From contig JALAGF010000849.1 in NCBI GenBank assembly GCA_030167865.1, positions 1 through 49,534 on the forward strand: a DNA stretch of 49,534 bases, given 5' to 3'. Shown here in pieces: positions 10,201-20,647 of this stretch. The translations under genes and the position numbers were made by a program. Source of the stretch: Craspedostauros australis (taxonomy: Eukaryota). Position 1 is the stretch's first letter. Every line of letters starts with the position of its first letter. The notes beneath the pieces were generated by a model that saw nothing but the letters and a program-made list of their open reading frames with translations, was not told the origin of the DNA and ran no database searches.

Positions 10201-10911
10201 TGCCAGCAGATCTCCGCGCTTCATACGCCGGCGTGGCGTGCGCTCCATGGAATTGGACCTACGCAGGGATCTGGTGGCCGTCGTTGCGACCGTCGCATCG
10301 TCATTCGCCGCCGCATCATCGTTGGCGTTGGCCGCGCCATTGTTGCGCGCGCGGCGCCTTGCGGCCATGGCACCGCGGTACGGGCCGCTGGAATGGCTGC
10401 GCCCGATCCTCGATCGGCTCGTGGCCGCCGTCATGACAGTCGCGTTGTCGTTGTCGTCGCCAGAGCTGTTGCCATCGCCATCTCCATTGTCGTCGTTTGC
10501 ATTGTTGTTGTTGTTGTGCTGCTGCAGATGCTGGTGGAGGTGGACGTTCAATCGACGCGACGCTCCCATCGAACCGCTGCGACTCGTTCGTCGCTCTCGA
10601 CTCGCGCTCCTGCTGCGGTTCTTGGCTCTGTCAATGAGCGCGTTGGTGCCTCTGTGCCGCCTGGATTGCTGCTTCGGAGGTACCTCATCCGATGTCTGCG
10701 AGTTGGAGTTGGATTTGGACTTTGATTTAGACTTTTTTGGCTTCTGCGGCGGCGCATCCTCAATGTACATGTCTTCGTCGTCGCTGCTGTCATCCTGGAG
10801 CCGTTGCAGGGCCTTGCGTTGGCGTCGTCTGCGATACGAGCTGTCATCGCTATCGCTATCACTGTCGCTGTCGCTGTCAGTGTCGTATTTGGAAGAGTAC
10901 CTTCTGCCCAT
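7294..10911 (-). CDS. Large Arg/Ser/Asp-rich disordered protein, paralog A of a 3-gene family
   Basis: ORF over 1200 aa; probable ATG at 10911 (MGRRYSS) or 10926. The C-terminal block KSAAKGSANAIQHPKKAAQQMTGFTKDVAKGTV, the motif YYPNQLQSRSTERQSTTLLDRV and the end LVP..ISWET* are shared with paralogs B and C. Confidence 0.85.
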   Translation of the reverse strand: MGRRYSSKYDTDSDSDSDSDSDDSSYRRRRQRKALQRLQDDSSDDEDMYIEDAPPQKPKKSKSKSKSNSNSQTSDEVPPKQQSRRHRGTNALIDRAKNRSRSASRERRTSRSGSMGASRRLNVHLHQHLQQHNNNNNANDDNGDGDGNSSGDDNDNATVMTAATSRSRIGRSHSSGPYRGAMAARRRARNNGAANANDDAAANDDATVATTATRSLRRSNSMERTPRRRMKRGDLLANVAGSHESMLLNDDDNGDDDNGTVATSMTSRRQRAAARRSHSPGSMAADIRRRRSSSRGDVNERRHSNGGNTNTNGHNGLPRPPLPIPPSSAQAAGTDPVSDDADDDNVTTATSETARARGVARSHSSGPHNGRRRRARASLDDVIGGDNANKANANGDDATVGTSRTRSMRRSHSSGPLNSAVSGRMSSTRRQHQSRRHRKSDRQNEHAAQTDDDDDGDNDDDDGTYVENDDDATVKSKEEGDLDAGTPKSSPSKSTRRSKRPSNGATKMNTGPSTRSLLEATLEDSRAVSDDGADQDDDGGTIMTMGTRMSTMTSGSRRSRSVSQSRRRRGSRASRRNPNISSNRATNADNDGDGDGQDPPSNTVASPPTHQRSRSQSQSRRRHRRPTTNNSNNNNNNIASDSNAGNPDPEGSRDQSLPPTPSTPSAGGRSARRPPNQAPTTPTSISKGSARRLGSSSVTTPISRRRRGSRTSSSSSPGSPAQSVSDEDLIDSSDLNHELSPAGVSPPPRSRGQSSSPRHRRKTARQGMQSEQNGVKSSAAERNLPPVPMTSRRSRARGSAGIADKNSSRRVARATSANFNASNASLSLTPGRGAFKSDDGATLNSASYSTMESADSDTADRTAPGQSSGEASAQLNASVNSGRSSTARTRRSMGHSSMESFDMSFEGISLAKVGNESSAMMSSSHRSEWMQERQANQEEIMRGARGFGTDSSGKRRSQSSSGGSRDGSGFHADDDDMDAPKTLRPSKSGIFKGMVKRVKSAAKGSANAIQHPKKAAQQMTGFTKDVAKGTVKSAASVVLNPKSTAQSVIQVTRDTAMAGVGAVTETAAGVVKDAAELLQFSSQDEEDIPDYYPNQLQSRSTERQSTTLLDRVLQTDSTDDDGGVDPEDPNATMRAASDPNAPNGDSFHKSVRRNSNLFSGGDEDNYASMEHSTMGASMRPRPQLMKMPSRLVPEAKGKPVISWET

Positions 10912-12863
10912 GGTCTTGTGTTGCATCGAGCTCCCTGCGAGTGCGAATACGAGTGTTGTGTGTGTGGTATTATGTATAATAACACTAGGAAACAATGACG
11001 GATGGAAGCAGACGAAGGGCGGCGATGCGGATGTTGGTCGAGTTCGTTGGACTCGCTGAGCTTGTCGAGAGGATGGGTCAATGGGACTGCCGAATTGCCA
11101 GATCAATAGAGGATCACCGAACAGGTAGCTCGTATGTGTATTGGTGCGTGTATGGGGATGGGTATGGGCACACTGGTATGATGTGATACCATAGATCGCA
11201 GATCTCTGAAGAAGGTGGGGTGGGGGGAGGATGGCGCGCTCTCAGTTTCTTGCTCCGAATTGTTCTCGTGACTCTCTTGGTTTGTGGCAATTGTGCGCGC
11301 AATTTTGAGTTGACTCTCTGGCTATCTTGGTGACGGCGATCTTTTGGTGCTCGTCCTCGTGCTCTCTTCAGTGGAGTAGTAGGTTGTAATCGTATCCTTG
11401 CCACCGCTCTTGTTGCAAGGAATGGGAGGAAGCGTCGCTGGTGGCTTTCGTTGTGATGGGTGGAAGTGTTTTCGTCAAAACCGTCCAGTCAATTTGTTGG
11501 AATGGTCAGCGTGCCTTGTGCGTTGTTGTTCTCTGCGATTAGTGTTGGCGTTGTCTCTCTCCCATGTCTCAGTCTCTCCTCTCTCTCCTCCTTGGACCTC
11601 GTTGTGGAGTACTCTGCTTCTTGTGTCTGGTTGTGGCTGTGTTTCTCTTTTGGTTGTTGTCATGGGGGGGCGAAGTTTTCCACTCCCATAGATCGCAGCC
11701 GTGCGTTGTGTATCGTGTCAAGAAACACGACGCGGGTTGTCTTGGCGTTCTTCTTCTTCCCACACCCATGATGCCATAGCGTGTCTTCGAGATGTCGCTG
11801 TCATTTCGCTGTCCACACCACCAATGACTAAAAGTTTGTTGGGAGAGTGCAGACGGCGCGCAGAGTGCAGTGACCACCACACGGGACTAAGTTGTCCCAA
11901 GAGAAGTTCTAGTTTTGTCATTCTGCACAAGACGTGCCAAATTGTTGTCGAATGGCATCGTCCACAACCAAACTTCAAATCCCTGGAAACAGATTCTTCC
12001 GAACACGCGACATTCCCGTCATCCGTTCAAGAACTGGCGATTGGGGCAGCGAGGAGAGAAGCGAAAACGTGTCGCTGGAATCTGTGCGCTTTTGTCCACG
12101 GAATTTCACCAGGACGGAACCAAGACCAACGCAACCACCAATCCCGTACAACAGTGCTCTTGGCCTCTGTGTGGGAAGGGGCCGCATTCTTCCTTCGTCG
12201 TCTCCTGTTCTGCCCCCTTGGTTGGTTGGGCGTTTCTCTCACAAGAGTACATAGCTGCCGCACGAGCGACGCCTGTCAGTTGGTGGTATTGTTCCTGTAC
12301 GGACACCAACGACGGCTTCCTGTGGACATCTCCCGCCCGCATCATCTTCCAATCCACCGCACATTCACATTCACATTCACATTCAAACCGAGTTGCGTGA
12401 AGTACGATCCGCTCTACCGCTACTCTTATCGTGTTCGCAGAATACTCGGACCACACCCGCACTGCACTCTTGATGAACACAGCAACAACAACACCGACAC
12501 ACGTTCGAGGCAACAACGACAACACTCTGCGCCCAACCACGCTTCCATTGCGTGGATCATCGCAGCACAGGCACCGTCAGACTCACAAGCACAGTGACAA
12601 CCGCAGTGACAACCACAGTGACAACCGCAGAGAAGGCTCTGTCCGGTCTCACCAAATCAGCACACAAGGGCTTTTGTGTGCCATCATCTTCTGATTTGTT
12701 CCCAACAAGATCGTCCGGTACTGCCGCAATTGAGAGGCAGCTCTATCGTTGTTGTTGGTCTGCCAACCATCAACCATCAACCATCAACCACCACACAAAC
12801 CCAACACTGTTGTGCCGCCGGCCAGAGCCCACAGATTGAGCCTGCAACAGAATCGGCGACAGG

Positions 12864-15800
12864 ATGGCACCCAAGGCAATGGACAACAATCAATTGCTTC
12901 CACCGTCCATGCACAATCCCAAGAATGTGTACTCTTCCAGCCATCAGCGCAGACCGCATGGGAGCTCCAAGTTGCAGTCGCCTTCACCTTCAACCCCAAC
13001 CGCAGGCTCAAGCAAACCCCACAGGCATGCGTCAACGCCGTCATCAGCATCAGCATCCAGACGGCGGACTTCATCTAGGCGTGCGAGTTCGAATGCAAGC
13101 GCGAGTGCGAGTTCACCGATGAAGACTGCTCCGCTCCATGAATCACCAAGCCGCAGAACGTCAGCGAATCCTCACAAACGGCATCACCGCAATACTGCGA
13201 GCAGTGCTCCTGATTCTGATGCAAACGCTGGCCTCCATGTCGACACAGGCAAAGACGCCAACACCAACACAAATGCTTCATCCACAAGTGACGACCGCAA
13301 TGGCCATGATCCTACCAACACACCCAGCGCACGCAGCCGTCGTTCAGCACGTCCCAGCACAAGCCAGGCGACAGGCAAGGCGAAAGGATCCACGATACCG
13401 CGCAATTCGTTATCGTCGATGGGTTCATCCTCGAGCGCCACCCAGTCCATGCATCCCAAACGATACACCATCTCCGTCGCCTCCGGACCCTCCTCCAAGT
13501 CCGAGCACAACGTCCGCAAGACCAAAGCGCGGATACGACAAGAGGAAAACGCCAAGCTTAATCGACGGTCCAACATCAAAGATCGGATGTCAAAGTATCT
13601 CACTGCGGGTCTTGACTTTGGCGAAGACGAGAACAATGGCAACGGTGACGGGGCAAACGATGAGATCGATCGGTTCACTTCGTCGCATGACACCAAACCG
13701 AAACTGCCGAAGCGCAGCATCTCCCACAGAGCATCGAGGATGACGAGGCAGCCTTCGCGCAAACGAGTTCAAGCGCAGCAGAAGCACCAACAGACTGCTG
13801 CTAGGAACTCCAACCAATTCGGCAACAATGGCAACAACGACAACAACGACACTGACGACTTTGGCTTTGCGAATTTCGGCAACGATGATGAAAGCGATTG
13901 CACTTCCATCTCGGACGGAGATAGCTTTGCCAATGATGCGATCAATGATGTTGAACTCAGCAGGCAGCTGCAGCAGGGGAAGAAGACCGCATCGACTATG
14001 GAGAATGCGGATGTGACAAAGAAGATTCGGCCACAGCGGTATGAGGCATCGCTCACGAAGACGCCAACCAAACCGAGCAGGAACACATCCAAATCTCACC
14101 CATCTCCGGCGGTAACACCGCAGAAAACAGAGCGAAGCACGTCGATGAAGGAAAGGCCGCGGTCACCATCCAAATCACGGTCGGCACCGGGTGCAGAACA
14201 GCACGCATATTCGTCATCCAGATCACCGAGCAAATCGGGACGTCGCAACGTGCATTCGCCTTCCAAGTCGCGAGCATCTCAGGAAAGACACAGATCACCC
14301 ACCAAACGCAATGCCACCCAAGAGCGAACAAAATCACAGGCACAGTCACAGTCACACTCACAGTCACACTCACAGTCACACTCACAGTCACACTCACAGT
14401 CACACTCACAGTCACACTCACAGTCGTCACGGCCCGCATCGAGATCCAATCCCACCAAAGAACAATCCCATTCCAGGCCATCGACATCGACATCGTCCAA
14501 GCAGCAGCATCAACAGCAGCGCCCACGATCGAAATCTGCTTCCGCATCTACTGCGAGGGAGAAGCCGAGATCCAAGTCCGCGTCCGCTGTGACGAGGGAC
14601 CACGGCGACAGATCGAGACGGCGTTCAGGCCGGGATGGTCGATCCAGGTCTGGCAGGGAATCACCGACCAAGTCGCGCCGGCAACAGGACGACCAGCGGC
14701 CGAAGTCCAGATCGACCAACGGCCGAGAGCGATCAGGGTCTGTGCCTCTCAAGGAAGATCGCGTGAGGTCGCGTTCTTCTGGACGCGAGAATGGCCGCCG
14801 ATCGAACTCGTCGACCCCACGTATGCGAGCTCGGTCGACCCAACGTCCTGGCAATCGATCCACCCCGTCGGTGGCATCCACGCCAACATCGACAGCGAGA
14901 AACGACCGGCGATCCAGGGCACCGCGATCCAGAAGTCTTGGCGCCATGTCCATCAAGCGTGGGGCCCGTGCCCGAAGCAGGCGAGAATCAGCTGACGCCG
15001 TGCAGAAGGCATCCTCGATGGAAGAAGAATCAACGCAGGATGTCAGCATCGTGGACGAGCAGCAGCAGCAGGGAACCGAATCCCAAGAAGGAGACGATAA
15101 TGCCGCAGAAGACTTGACTGGATTGGCGGCCAATTTGGAAAGGCAGAACAAGTCTTCGAAGCAGTCAGGAGTGCCGTCGTCGACGCAGTCATACGTTGGC
15201 CCGGGCCGCGCTCCGTTGCAAAGACAACGATCCAGAAGCATGGGCAGGCAGCCGGTTCGGAGTAGTAGCCGCAGTGTCGGCGGTGGTGTTGGCACCGACC
15301 AACCCGCTGACAGCTCCCGGCTGGGCCACATGCGCGGTCGTCGCAGTCATTATGGACGTGGTTCGGCATCTGTGACATCAGCGGGCGAGTACACCGCCGC
15401 GTCGCAGACATCGGGATCGCCGGGAAATCGAGAGAAGCACTCGTCCATCTCCAAGTCTCGAATGTCAGCTGCCGGTTTGGAGGATGCCGGTGCCCTTGGT
15501 GTTTACTTTTCCGACCGGCAGAAGAATATCCAGCGATCGAGGTCGGGAGAGTCTGTGGTCAGCGGAGGCTCCGGAAGCCTGAGTGAACGTTATGGCTATG
15601 ACATGCCGCCAGGCCACAGCGGTCGCAGCAGGACAGGGCAGAACGCAAATGACGAAAGCCAAGGTGCGCTGTTCCTTGACGACGAGGAGAGATTGCAATG
15701 GACCCAAAAGCGCAGCTCGGTGCAAGATAAGATTCTCTCCGACGCCAAGCAAGACCAGTTGGAAAGCAAGTCCAAGCCTCTCGAAGGCGACGTGAAGAAC

Positions 15801-16796
15801 ATCAATGATGCAGATGGGGATGGCGACAGGAATGGTCCCGATGGCGACTCGGATCAACCGCAGCAGAAGCGCAGATCGGCATTCCAGACCCTGGCGATGG
15901 CCATGTCGAAAACAGCCGGCGTCACGCGCAGCGCCGCCAAAGGATCCGTGAACGTGGTGAAGGATCCCAAACGAGCTGCCAAGCAGATTGGATCATTCGC
16001 CAAGGATGCTGCCGAGGGTACGGTGAAGGTGGTCAAGGATCCCACGATCGCGGTCAAGCAGGTTGCAAGAACGACAGTGAATGTCACGAAGGGAACAGTC
16101 CATGTTGCAAGCGGCGTCACCATGGGCGTTGCGAAAGGTACGCTGGGCGTGACGACGACAGTCGTGAAGGGTGGTTTCAAGGGCACGACCATGGTCGTGG
16201 AAGGTACCGCCCACGGCCTCAAGCACGTGGCCAAGGGAACCGCCAATCTGATCATCGGCCGAGACGGCGATGACGACGACAGGGAGAAGTACGACGACTA
16301 TTACGCCAAGGACCTGAAGAGTCGACGCACCGGCAGGATGTCGTTGATGGACCGCGTGACGAACACTCTGAAGGAAGAGGAGGAGCAGGAAGGCGAGAAT
16401 GACGACCAATTCGATGATAAGTTGAAAGAGGCAGGTGGCAACGCAGGCGGCAAAACCTCCAATGGCACGGCCAAAACCGAAGAATCCAGCTTCTTCTTCA
16501 ACAAATCCAACCACGGAAGCGGAGAGCAGAAGCCAGGCGGCAAGCAAGCGAACAAGCGACCATTCGCGAGACGCAAGAGCCAGAACGGTGGCGCTGGAGC
16601 TGATGACGAGGGAGAGGGAGGTGGCGAACAATTCTCGTCGGGGTTCTTTGGCCAGGTCGCAGCTGCCAAGAAGCTGGGGGGAAGGCGATCCAAGTCCAAT
16701 GGCCGTGTGCGGGGAGTGTTACCGCCCAGCGCGGCTGATGTTATGTTGGTGCCAAATGCAGACTTTGCGCACCGTGTCAAAGCATGGGATTTGTGA
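12864..16796 (+). CDS. Large Arg/Ser-rich disordered protein, paralog B
   Basis: 1310-aa ORF. Contains the block TRSAAKGSVNVVKDPKRAAKQIGSFAKDAAEGTVKVVKDP..VAKGTANLI, the motif YYAKDLKSRRTGRMSLMDRV and the end MLVP..KAWDL*. Confidence 0.9.
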   Translation: MAPKAMDNNQLLPPSMHNPKNVYSSSHQRRPHGSSKLQSPSPSTPTAGSSKPHRHASTPSSASASRRRTSSRRASSNASASASSPMKTAPLHESPSRRTSANPHKRHHRNTASSAPDSDANAGLHVDTGKDANTNTNASSTSDDRNGHDPTNTPSARSRRSARPSTSQATGKAKGSTIPRNSLSSMGSSSSATQSMHPKRYTISVASGPSSKSEHNVRKTKARIRQEENAKLNRRSNIKDRMSKYLTAGLDFGEDENNGNGDGANDEIDRFTSSHDTKPKLPKRSISHRASRMTRQPSRKRVQAQQKHQQTAARNSNQFGNNGNNDNNDTDDFGFANFGNDDESDCTSISDGDSFANDAINDVELSRQLQQGKKTASTMENADVTKKIRPQRYEASLTKTPTKPSRNTSKSHPSPAVTPQKTERSTSMKERPRSPSKSRSAPGAEQHAYSSSRSPSKSGRRNVHSPSKSRASQERHRSPTKRNATQERTKSQAQSQSHSQSHSQSHSQSHSQSHSQSHSQSSRPASRSNPTKEQSHSRPSTSTSSKQQHQQQRPRSKSASASTAREKPRSKSASAVTRDHGDRSRRRSGRDGRSRSGRESPTKSRRQQDDQRPKSRSTNGRERSGSVPLKEDRVRSRSSGRENGRRSNSSTPRMRARSTQRPGNRSTPSVASTPTSTARNDRRSRAPRSRSLGAMSIKRGARARSRRESADAVQKASSMEEESTQDVSIVDEQQQQGTESQEGDDNAAEDLTGLAANLERQNKSSKQSGVPSSTQSYVGPGRAPLQRQRSRSMGRQPVRSSSRSVGGGVGTDQPADSSRLGHMRGRRSHYGRGSASVTSAGEYTAASQTSGSPGNREKHSSISKSRMSAAGLEDAGALGVYFSDRQKNIQRSRSGESVVSGGSGSLSERYGYDMPPGHSGRSRTGQNANDESQGALFLDDEERLQWTQKRSSVQDKILSDAKQDQLESKSKPLEGDVKNINDADGDGDRNGPDGDSDQPQQKRRSAFQTLAMAMSKTAGVTRSAAKGSVNVVKDPKRAAKQIGSFAKDAAEGTVKVVKDPTIAVKQVARTTVNVTKGTVHVASGVTMGVAKGTLGVTTTVVKGGFKGTTMVVEGTAHGLKHVAKGTANLIIGRDGDDDDREKYDDYYAKDLKSRRTGRMSLMDRVTNTLKEEEEQEGENDDQFDDKLKEAGGNAGGKTSNGTAKTEESSFFFNKSNHGSGEQKPGGKQANKRPFARRKSQNGGAGADDEGEGGGEQFSSGFFGQVAAAKKLGGRRSKSNGRVRGVLPPSAADVMLVPNADFAHRVKAWDL
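14349..14425. repeat. Coding 12-bp tandem repeat (6 copies plus a partial) encoding QSHS
   Basis: CAGTCACACTCA repeated six times, read directly. Confidence 0.95.
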
Positions 16797-18457
16797 TCAA
16801 CATGGCAAGATCCTGTATCCTATTATATCACCAGATGAGGAATGAATGTCGAGTCTTTGGCAGTGGCCGCACGAATGCCTGCAGCTATTATATGTTTTTG
16901 AATACTGTGGAGTACTTGCATGGCTTTACTCTGCGCGATGCTCTGTTGGGGTGCCACACGATTATGAACAGCACTCTGAAGTATTAAAACTTGGACAATG
17001 CTATACTATTAAGCAATGCGATTGGAGTATACATTACTTGGACTATTATGTTATGATATAAAATATGATATTGCACATACATGTTAGACTACGAGCTATG
17101 TAGAGCAAGTCCACTTGTGGTTGTGCTCTCGTTGTTTGCGTCCTGCGATAGTGAGACACGCGCCATTGTCGTCGCCATCCGAGAAACCGATGCGGTGGAA
17201 GAGCAGCCCGCAGAAGCGCTCATCACCGAAACCTCTGCAAAGCCATTGCGGGAGGTGGTCGTGCTATTTTAGAATCAGTTCGCAGAGAGCACCGGCGGGC
17301 CCACACATGTCGTGAGTTTCTCATTCTCGATTTCTCTGTTGCTGGCGTTCTTTGCATCGGATGGAAGAACGACCCCGCCGGACAGGTGAAGTGAGAAGAG
17401 CCCTTGTGGCAAAGTGCCTGTACTCGTAGAACGAACCTGAGTAGCGCAAGCCCCCATACCTTGTCCACTCACTTCTGTTCTTGGATGCATGCTTCGGAAT
17501 GTTGGCAGCCGCGACAGCAACGCTAACATCAAGACACTCTTGCACAACAAGGAGAGGCGCCAGCATCAGCGACACGCAGCTACGTCACCAAGACTGAAGG
17601 CAGAGCATCAACAAGGACAAGGGGGCTGAAGTAGACAGAGAGTCAAAGGATGATTGGACAGCATCGATCAAAAAGAAGGGCGAACATCAACCATTCTTCC
17701 GCCACCGCTTGTCCACACACCACAAATGCCACCTACAATGTCAAAGAGGCCAGGGGAAATGCAATCGGAACGACGGTGTCAAGTACTGATTCGCTTTGCA
17801 CGTGTGCGATCAAGACGAGACGTGCAGATAGAACCAAGAACAGAAGCAGACGAAACCGAATCCACAACGAGCGTGCTGCGTCTTTTGGCACCGAACGTTT
17901 AATTCACGTTGTGTCATCGATAATCGTTGATCGTGAAACCCGCCAAAATGACCCGAGTCGCAGTCAACCCTGGAAGAACGACAAAGAACTCAGCGACGCC
18001 GTGGACCAAAACACACTTCACTCCGAGCCACCAAGCCACCAAGCCACCAACCAACCAACGGTACAGGGCAGAGGGAGAACAAGCAGACGACAGCTCGCAA
18101 TGGTCCTCCCACACTCCTTCACTGACTGGCACAACTCACGCCCAAACGAAGACGAGGGCACAGGAACAGCACAGACAACAGTCACAAGCACAACACCGAA
18201 GACACCCTTTGGGAGCAATCAACATTTTACCGTCTCACATACAAGGACGACCACAGCCACAGCCACAATCACAATCACAATCGCACCCACAATCACAATC
18301 ACCTCAACGGCAGGCCACACCACGCTTAGGCCGTGCAAGTAAGAACAACACAATCAAGTCAAAGCAAGACCAGAAACAAACACGAGAGCACTGCACCAGT
18401 GGGCACCCAAGAAAGAAGATCGGGAGCAGCCCAACAGCCCAACAATCCCACAGAACC

Positions 18458-20647
18458 ATGATGCTCTCGTCCTCGCAACCATCATCGTCGTCGTCTCATC
18501 GACACAACAGGCATCACCAGCGCGACAAGCTGGGTCTGGAGTGGACAGAGTCCGCCATTCCGGAAGAAGAGGAGGAGGAGGAGGAAGAAGAAGAGAGCGA
18601 GGCATTCGCCAGTCCCGAAGGTGGCGGCTTGGGCAGCAGCAGTAGCCATCGCCGAAGGGGATCATCTCGCAGCCGCAGGGGGAGCTCGAGCAGCGGCCGC
18701 AACAGGAGCGGCAGCAAACCACGACGACGACACCTGAAGGAACAGCACTCGGCGCTGGAGGACGACGCGGATGGGAGGAATCGGAGCAGCAGAACCAGGG
18801 ATGCTCCCGATGACAGAAACGGGGACCAGGATTCATCGCCTCCATCCAGGCATCGCAGACCAGCAGCTGGATCCGGGTCGTCGTTGTCGTCTTCATCGCA
18901 CAGCAGACCGCGCTTGCAACGCGGACCATCGTCGCGCAGAATGAAGCCATCCCGCAGTCGCAGCGAGACCAGCGCCAGCGTGCACCACCAGCCTCATGCG
19001 GTGGGATCGTTGCAACGAAGTCGCAGCTTCCGCCGTCGCAATCTGATGACCGGCTCCCAAGCTCCAGCCCACGGCAGCAGCACCCGGGGATTGGGCGGCG
19101 GCAGCAGCCATCGTCACAACGACCACGTCCGACGCACACCATCCCGCACAAACAGCGCGCCTTTGGATGCGCTCTCGGCCCAACGCGAAGCGCAGATGGA
19201 GGCCATGAGAGCGTCGTACGCCATGTCCGGAGAGGAAATTGCATCTCGGGATCGCGCCAAGCGCCGTTCCAGCATAGAGTACGGTGTGGGCGGTTCCACG
19301 ATCCCGCAGAATTTGTGTGGACGCGGCGCCAACGGCGACTCCGCCGTCAGCGCGGACGAACACAGCGCCCTCACGGCATCGACGGGAGCCTCCAACAGCG
19401 CGTCAACGCGACGGCGGCGTCGCATTTTGGACGACATGGCGCCGCTGAGTCTCACGGGGGAGGTGTCGGAACGGGGGCGCACCAGCATGCGGAAGCACAG
19501 CGGCAACCGATCCGGTCTCGGATCCGGCGAATCGAGAGCCTCGTCCGGATCGAGGTCGCACTCGCGCCGTCGACGTGGCCAGCAATCGGGCATGCGATCG
19601 CGGTCGAGGAGCATCGAGTCGGAAATGAGCATCGACACCCAGTTCACGGAAGACACGGCCGGTACGATCCAGTCGCTAGCGGATGCGACCAATCCAGCCG
19701 ACGAACAGGAGTGGCTCGCACACCGATTGAGCCGGCAGGATGAGATCCTCACGCTTGCCAACGAGGAGAAGTTGGAACGGGAACGCCTGGAGCAGGCGGA
19801 GTACGACGCCCACAGGGCCCTCACTGAGAACGGGGACGACATGGTCGACGGCAACGAGGACGGCCTCATGATGATGTGGAAGAAGAAGACGGCCTTGTCG
19901 CAGGTCGCCCAGGCATTGGTCCGGACTGCCGGCGCGACGCGCAGCGCAGCGAAGGGCTCCGTCAACGTCGTCAAGGATCCGAAGCGTGCCGCGAAGCACA
20001 TCGGCAGCTTCACGAAGGACGTCGCGAAGGGAACGGTCAAGGTGGTGAAGGATCCGACCAAGGCCGTCAAGCAAGTCGGAAGGACGACGGTCAACGTCAC
20101 CAAGGGCACCGTCAACGTCGCAAGCGGTGTCACCAAGGGGGTGGCCAAGGGCACGTTCGGCGTCAGCAAGACCGTCGTCAAGGGTGGCCTGAAGGGGACG
20201 ACCAAGGTCGTTGGCGGTGCTGCCCACGGCGCGAAGAAGGTGGCCAAGGGAACCGCCAAGTTGGTCACCAACCGTGGCAGCAAGAAGGACAGCAAGGGCG
20301 GCAACCAATCTTACGATGCTCGCAAATTAACCGATCGAAGCACGGCCACGTCGACGCTGTTTGACCGCATCTCCGGCTTGGCCGAAACATCCGAGAGCAG
20401 CGCGTCTGGCGGCCTCAACAGCGAAGGAAACTTGACCGAGGAGGAGCAGCTGCAGCTGCAGCAACGTCAGCAAGAAGAGCATGATGAGACCGTGGCAGCA
20501 GCAGCTGCTGCAGCGGCAACGGCTGCGGCGGTCGCATCCGGGAACACCAAGGCCAAGCGCAACGCAAAGAACATGTCGAGGGCACCGTACATGATCCCGG
20601 TGATGGACATGAAGCCCAGCGGTGGTGCGCAGTCATGGGATCTGTAG
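18458..20647 (+). CDS. Arg/Ser-rich disordered protein, paralog C
   Basis: The frame is open from 17927; probable ATG at 18458 (MMLSSSQ), although an earlier in-frame ATG exists at 17948. Contains the block TRSAAKGSVNVVKDPKRAAKHIGSFTKDVAKGTVKVVKDP..VAKGTAKLV, the motif YDARKLTDRSTATSTLFDRI and the end MIP..QSWDL*. Confidence 0.88.
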   Translation: MMLSSSQPSSSSSHRHNRHHQRDKLGLEWTESAIPEEEEEEEEEEESEAFASPEGGGLGSSSSHRRRGSSRSRRGSSSSGRNRSGSKPRRRHLKEQHSALEDDADGRNRSSRTRDAPDDRNGDQDSSPPSRHRRPAAGSGSSLSSSSHSRPRLQRGPSSRRMKPSRSRSETSASVHHQPHAVGSLQRSRSFRRRNLMTGSQAPAHGSSTRGLGGGSSHRHNDHVRRTPSRTNSAPLDALSAQREAQMEAMRASYAMSGEEIASRDRAKRRSSIEYGVGGSTIPQNLCGRGANGDSAVSADEHSALTASTGASNSASTRRRRRILDDMAPLSLTGEVSERGRTSMRKHSGNRSGLGSGESRASSGSRSHSRRRRGQQSGMRSRSRSIESEMSIDTQFTEDTAGTIQSLADATNPADEQEWLAHRLSRQDEILTLANEEKLERERLEQAEYDAHRALTENGDDMVDGNEDGLMMMWKKKTALSQVAQALVRTAGATRSAAKGSVNVVKDPKRAAKHIGSFTKDVAKGTVKVVKDPTKAVKQVGRTTVNVTKGTVNVASGVTKGVAKGTFGVSKTVVKGGLKGTTKVVGGAAHGAKKVAKGTAKLVTNRGSKKDSKGGNQSYDARKLTDRSTATSTLFDRISGLAETSESSASGGLNSEGNLTEEEQLQLQQRQQEEHDETVAAAAAAAATAAAVASGNTKAKRNAKNMSRAPYMIPVMDMKPSGGAQSWDL

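Noticed and set aside
14349-14425. Short tandem repeats as a possible CRISPR array (also 3443-3496, 12592-12630, 47588-47644)
   Set aside because: These are 12-bp head-to-tail units with no spacers and no cas genes, in a eukaryotic context; they are simple minisatellites.
3175-20364. Many long antisense or off-frame ORFs (e.g. 3175-3894, 5217-6230, 10238-11059, 14510-15331, 19114-20304)
   Set aside because: They overlap longer real genes, have no motifs, and are expected shadows of GC-rich low-complexity coding sequence.
7294-20647. The three paralogs as silaffin/cingulin-type cell-wall proteins or SR splicing factors
   Set aside because: No N-terminal signal peptide is visible and there is no RRM; Arg/Ser richness alone is not diagnostic.
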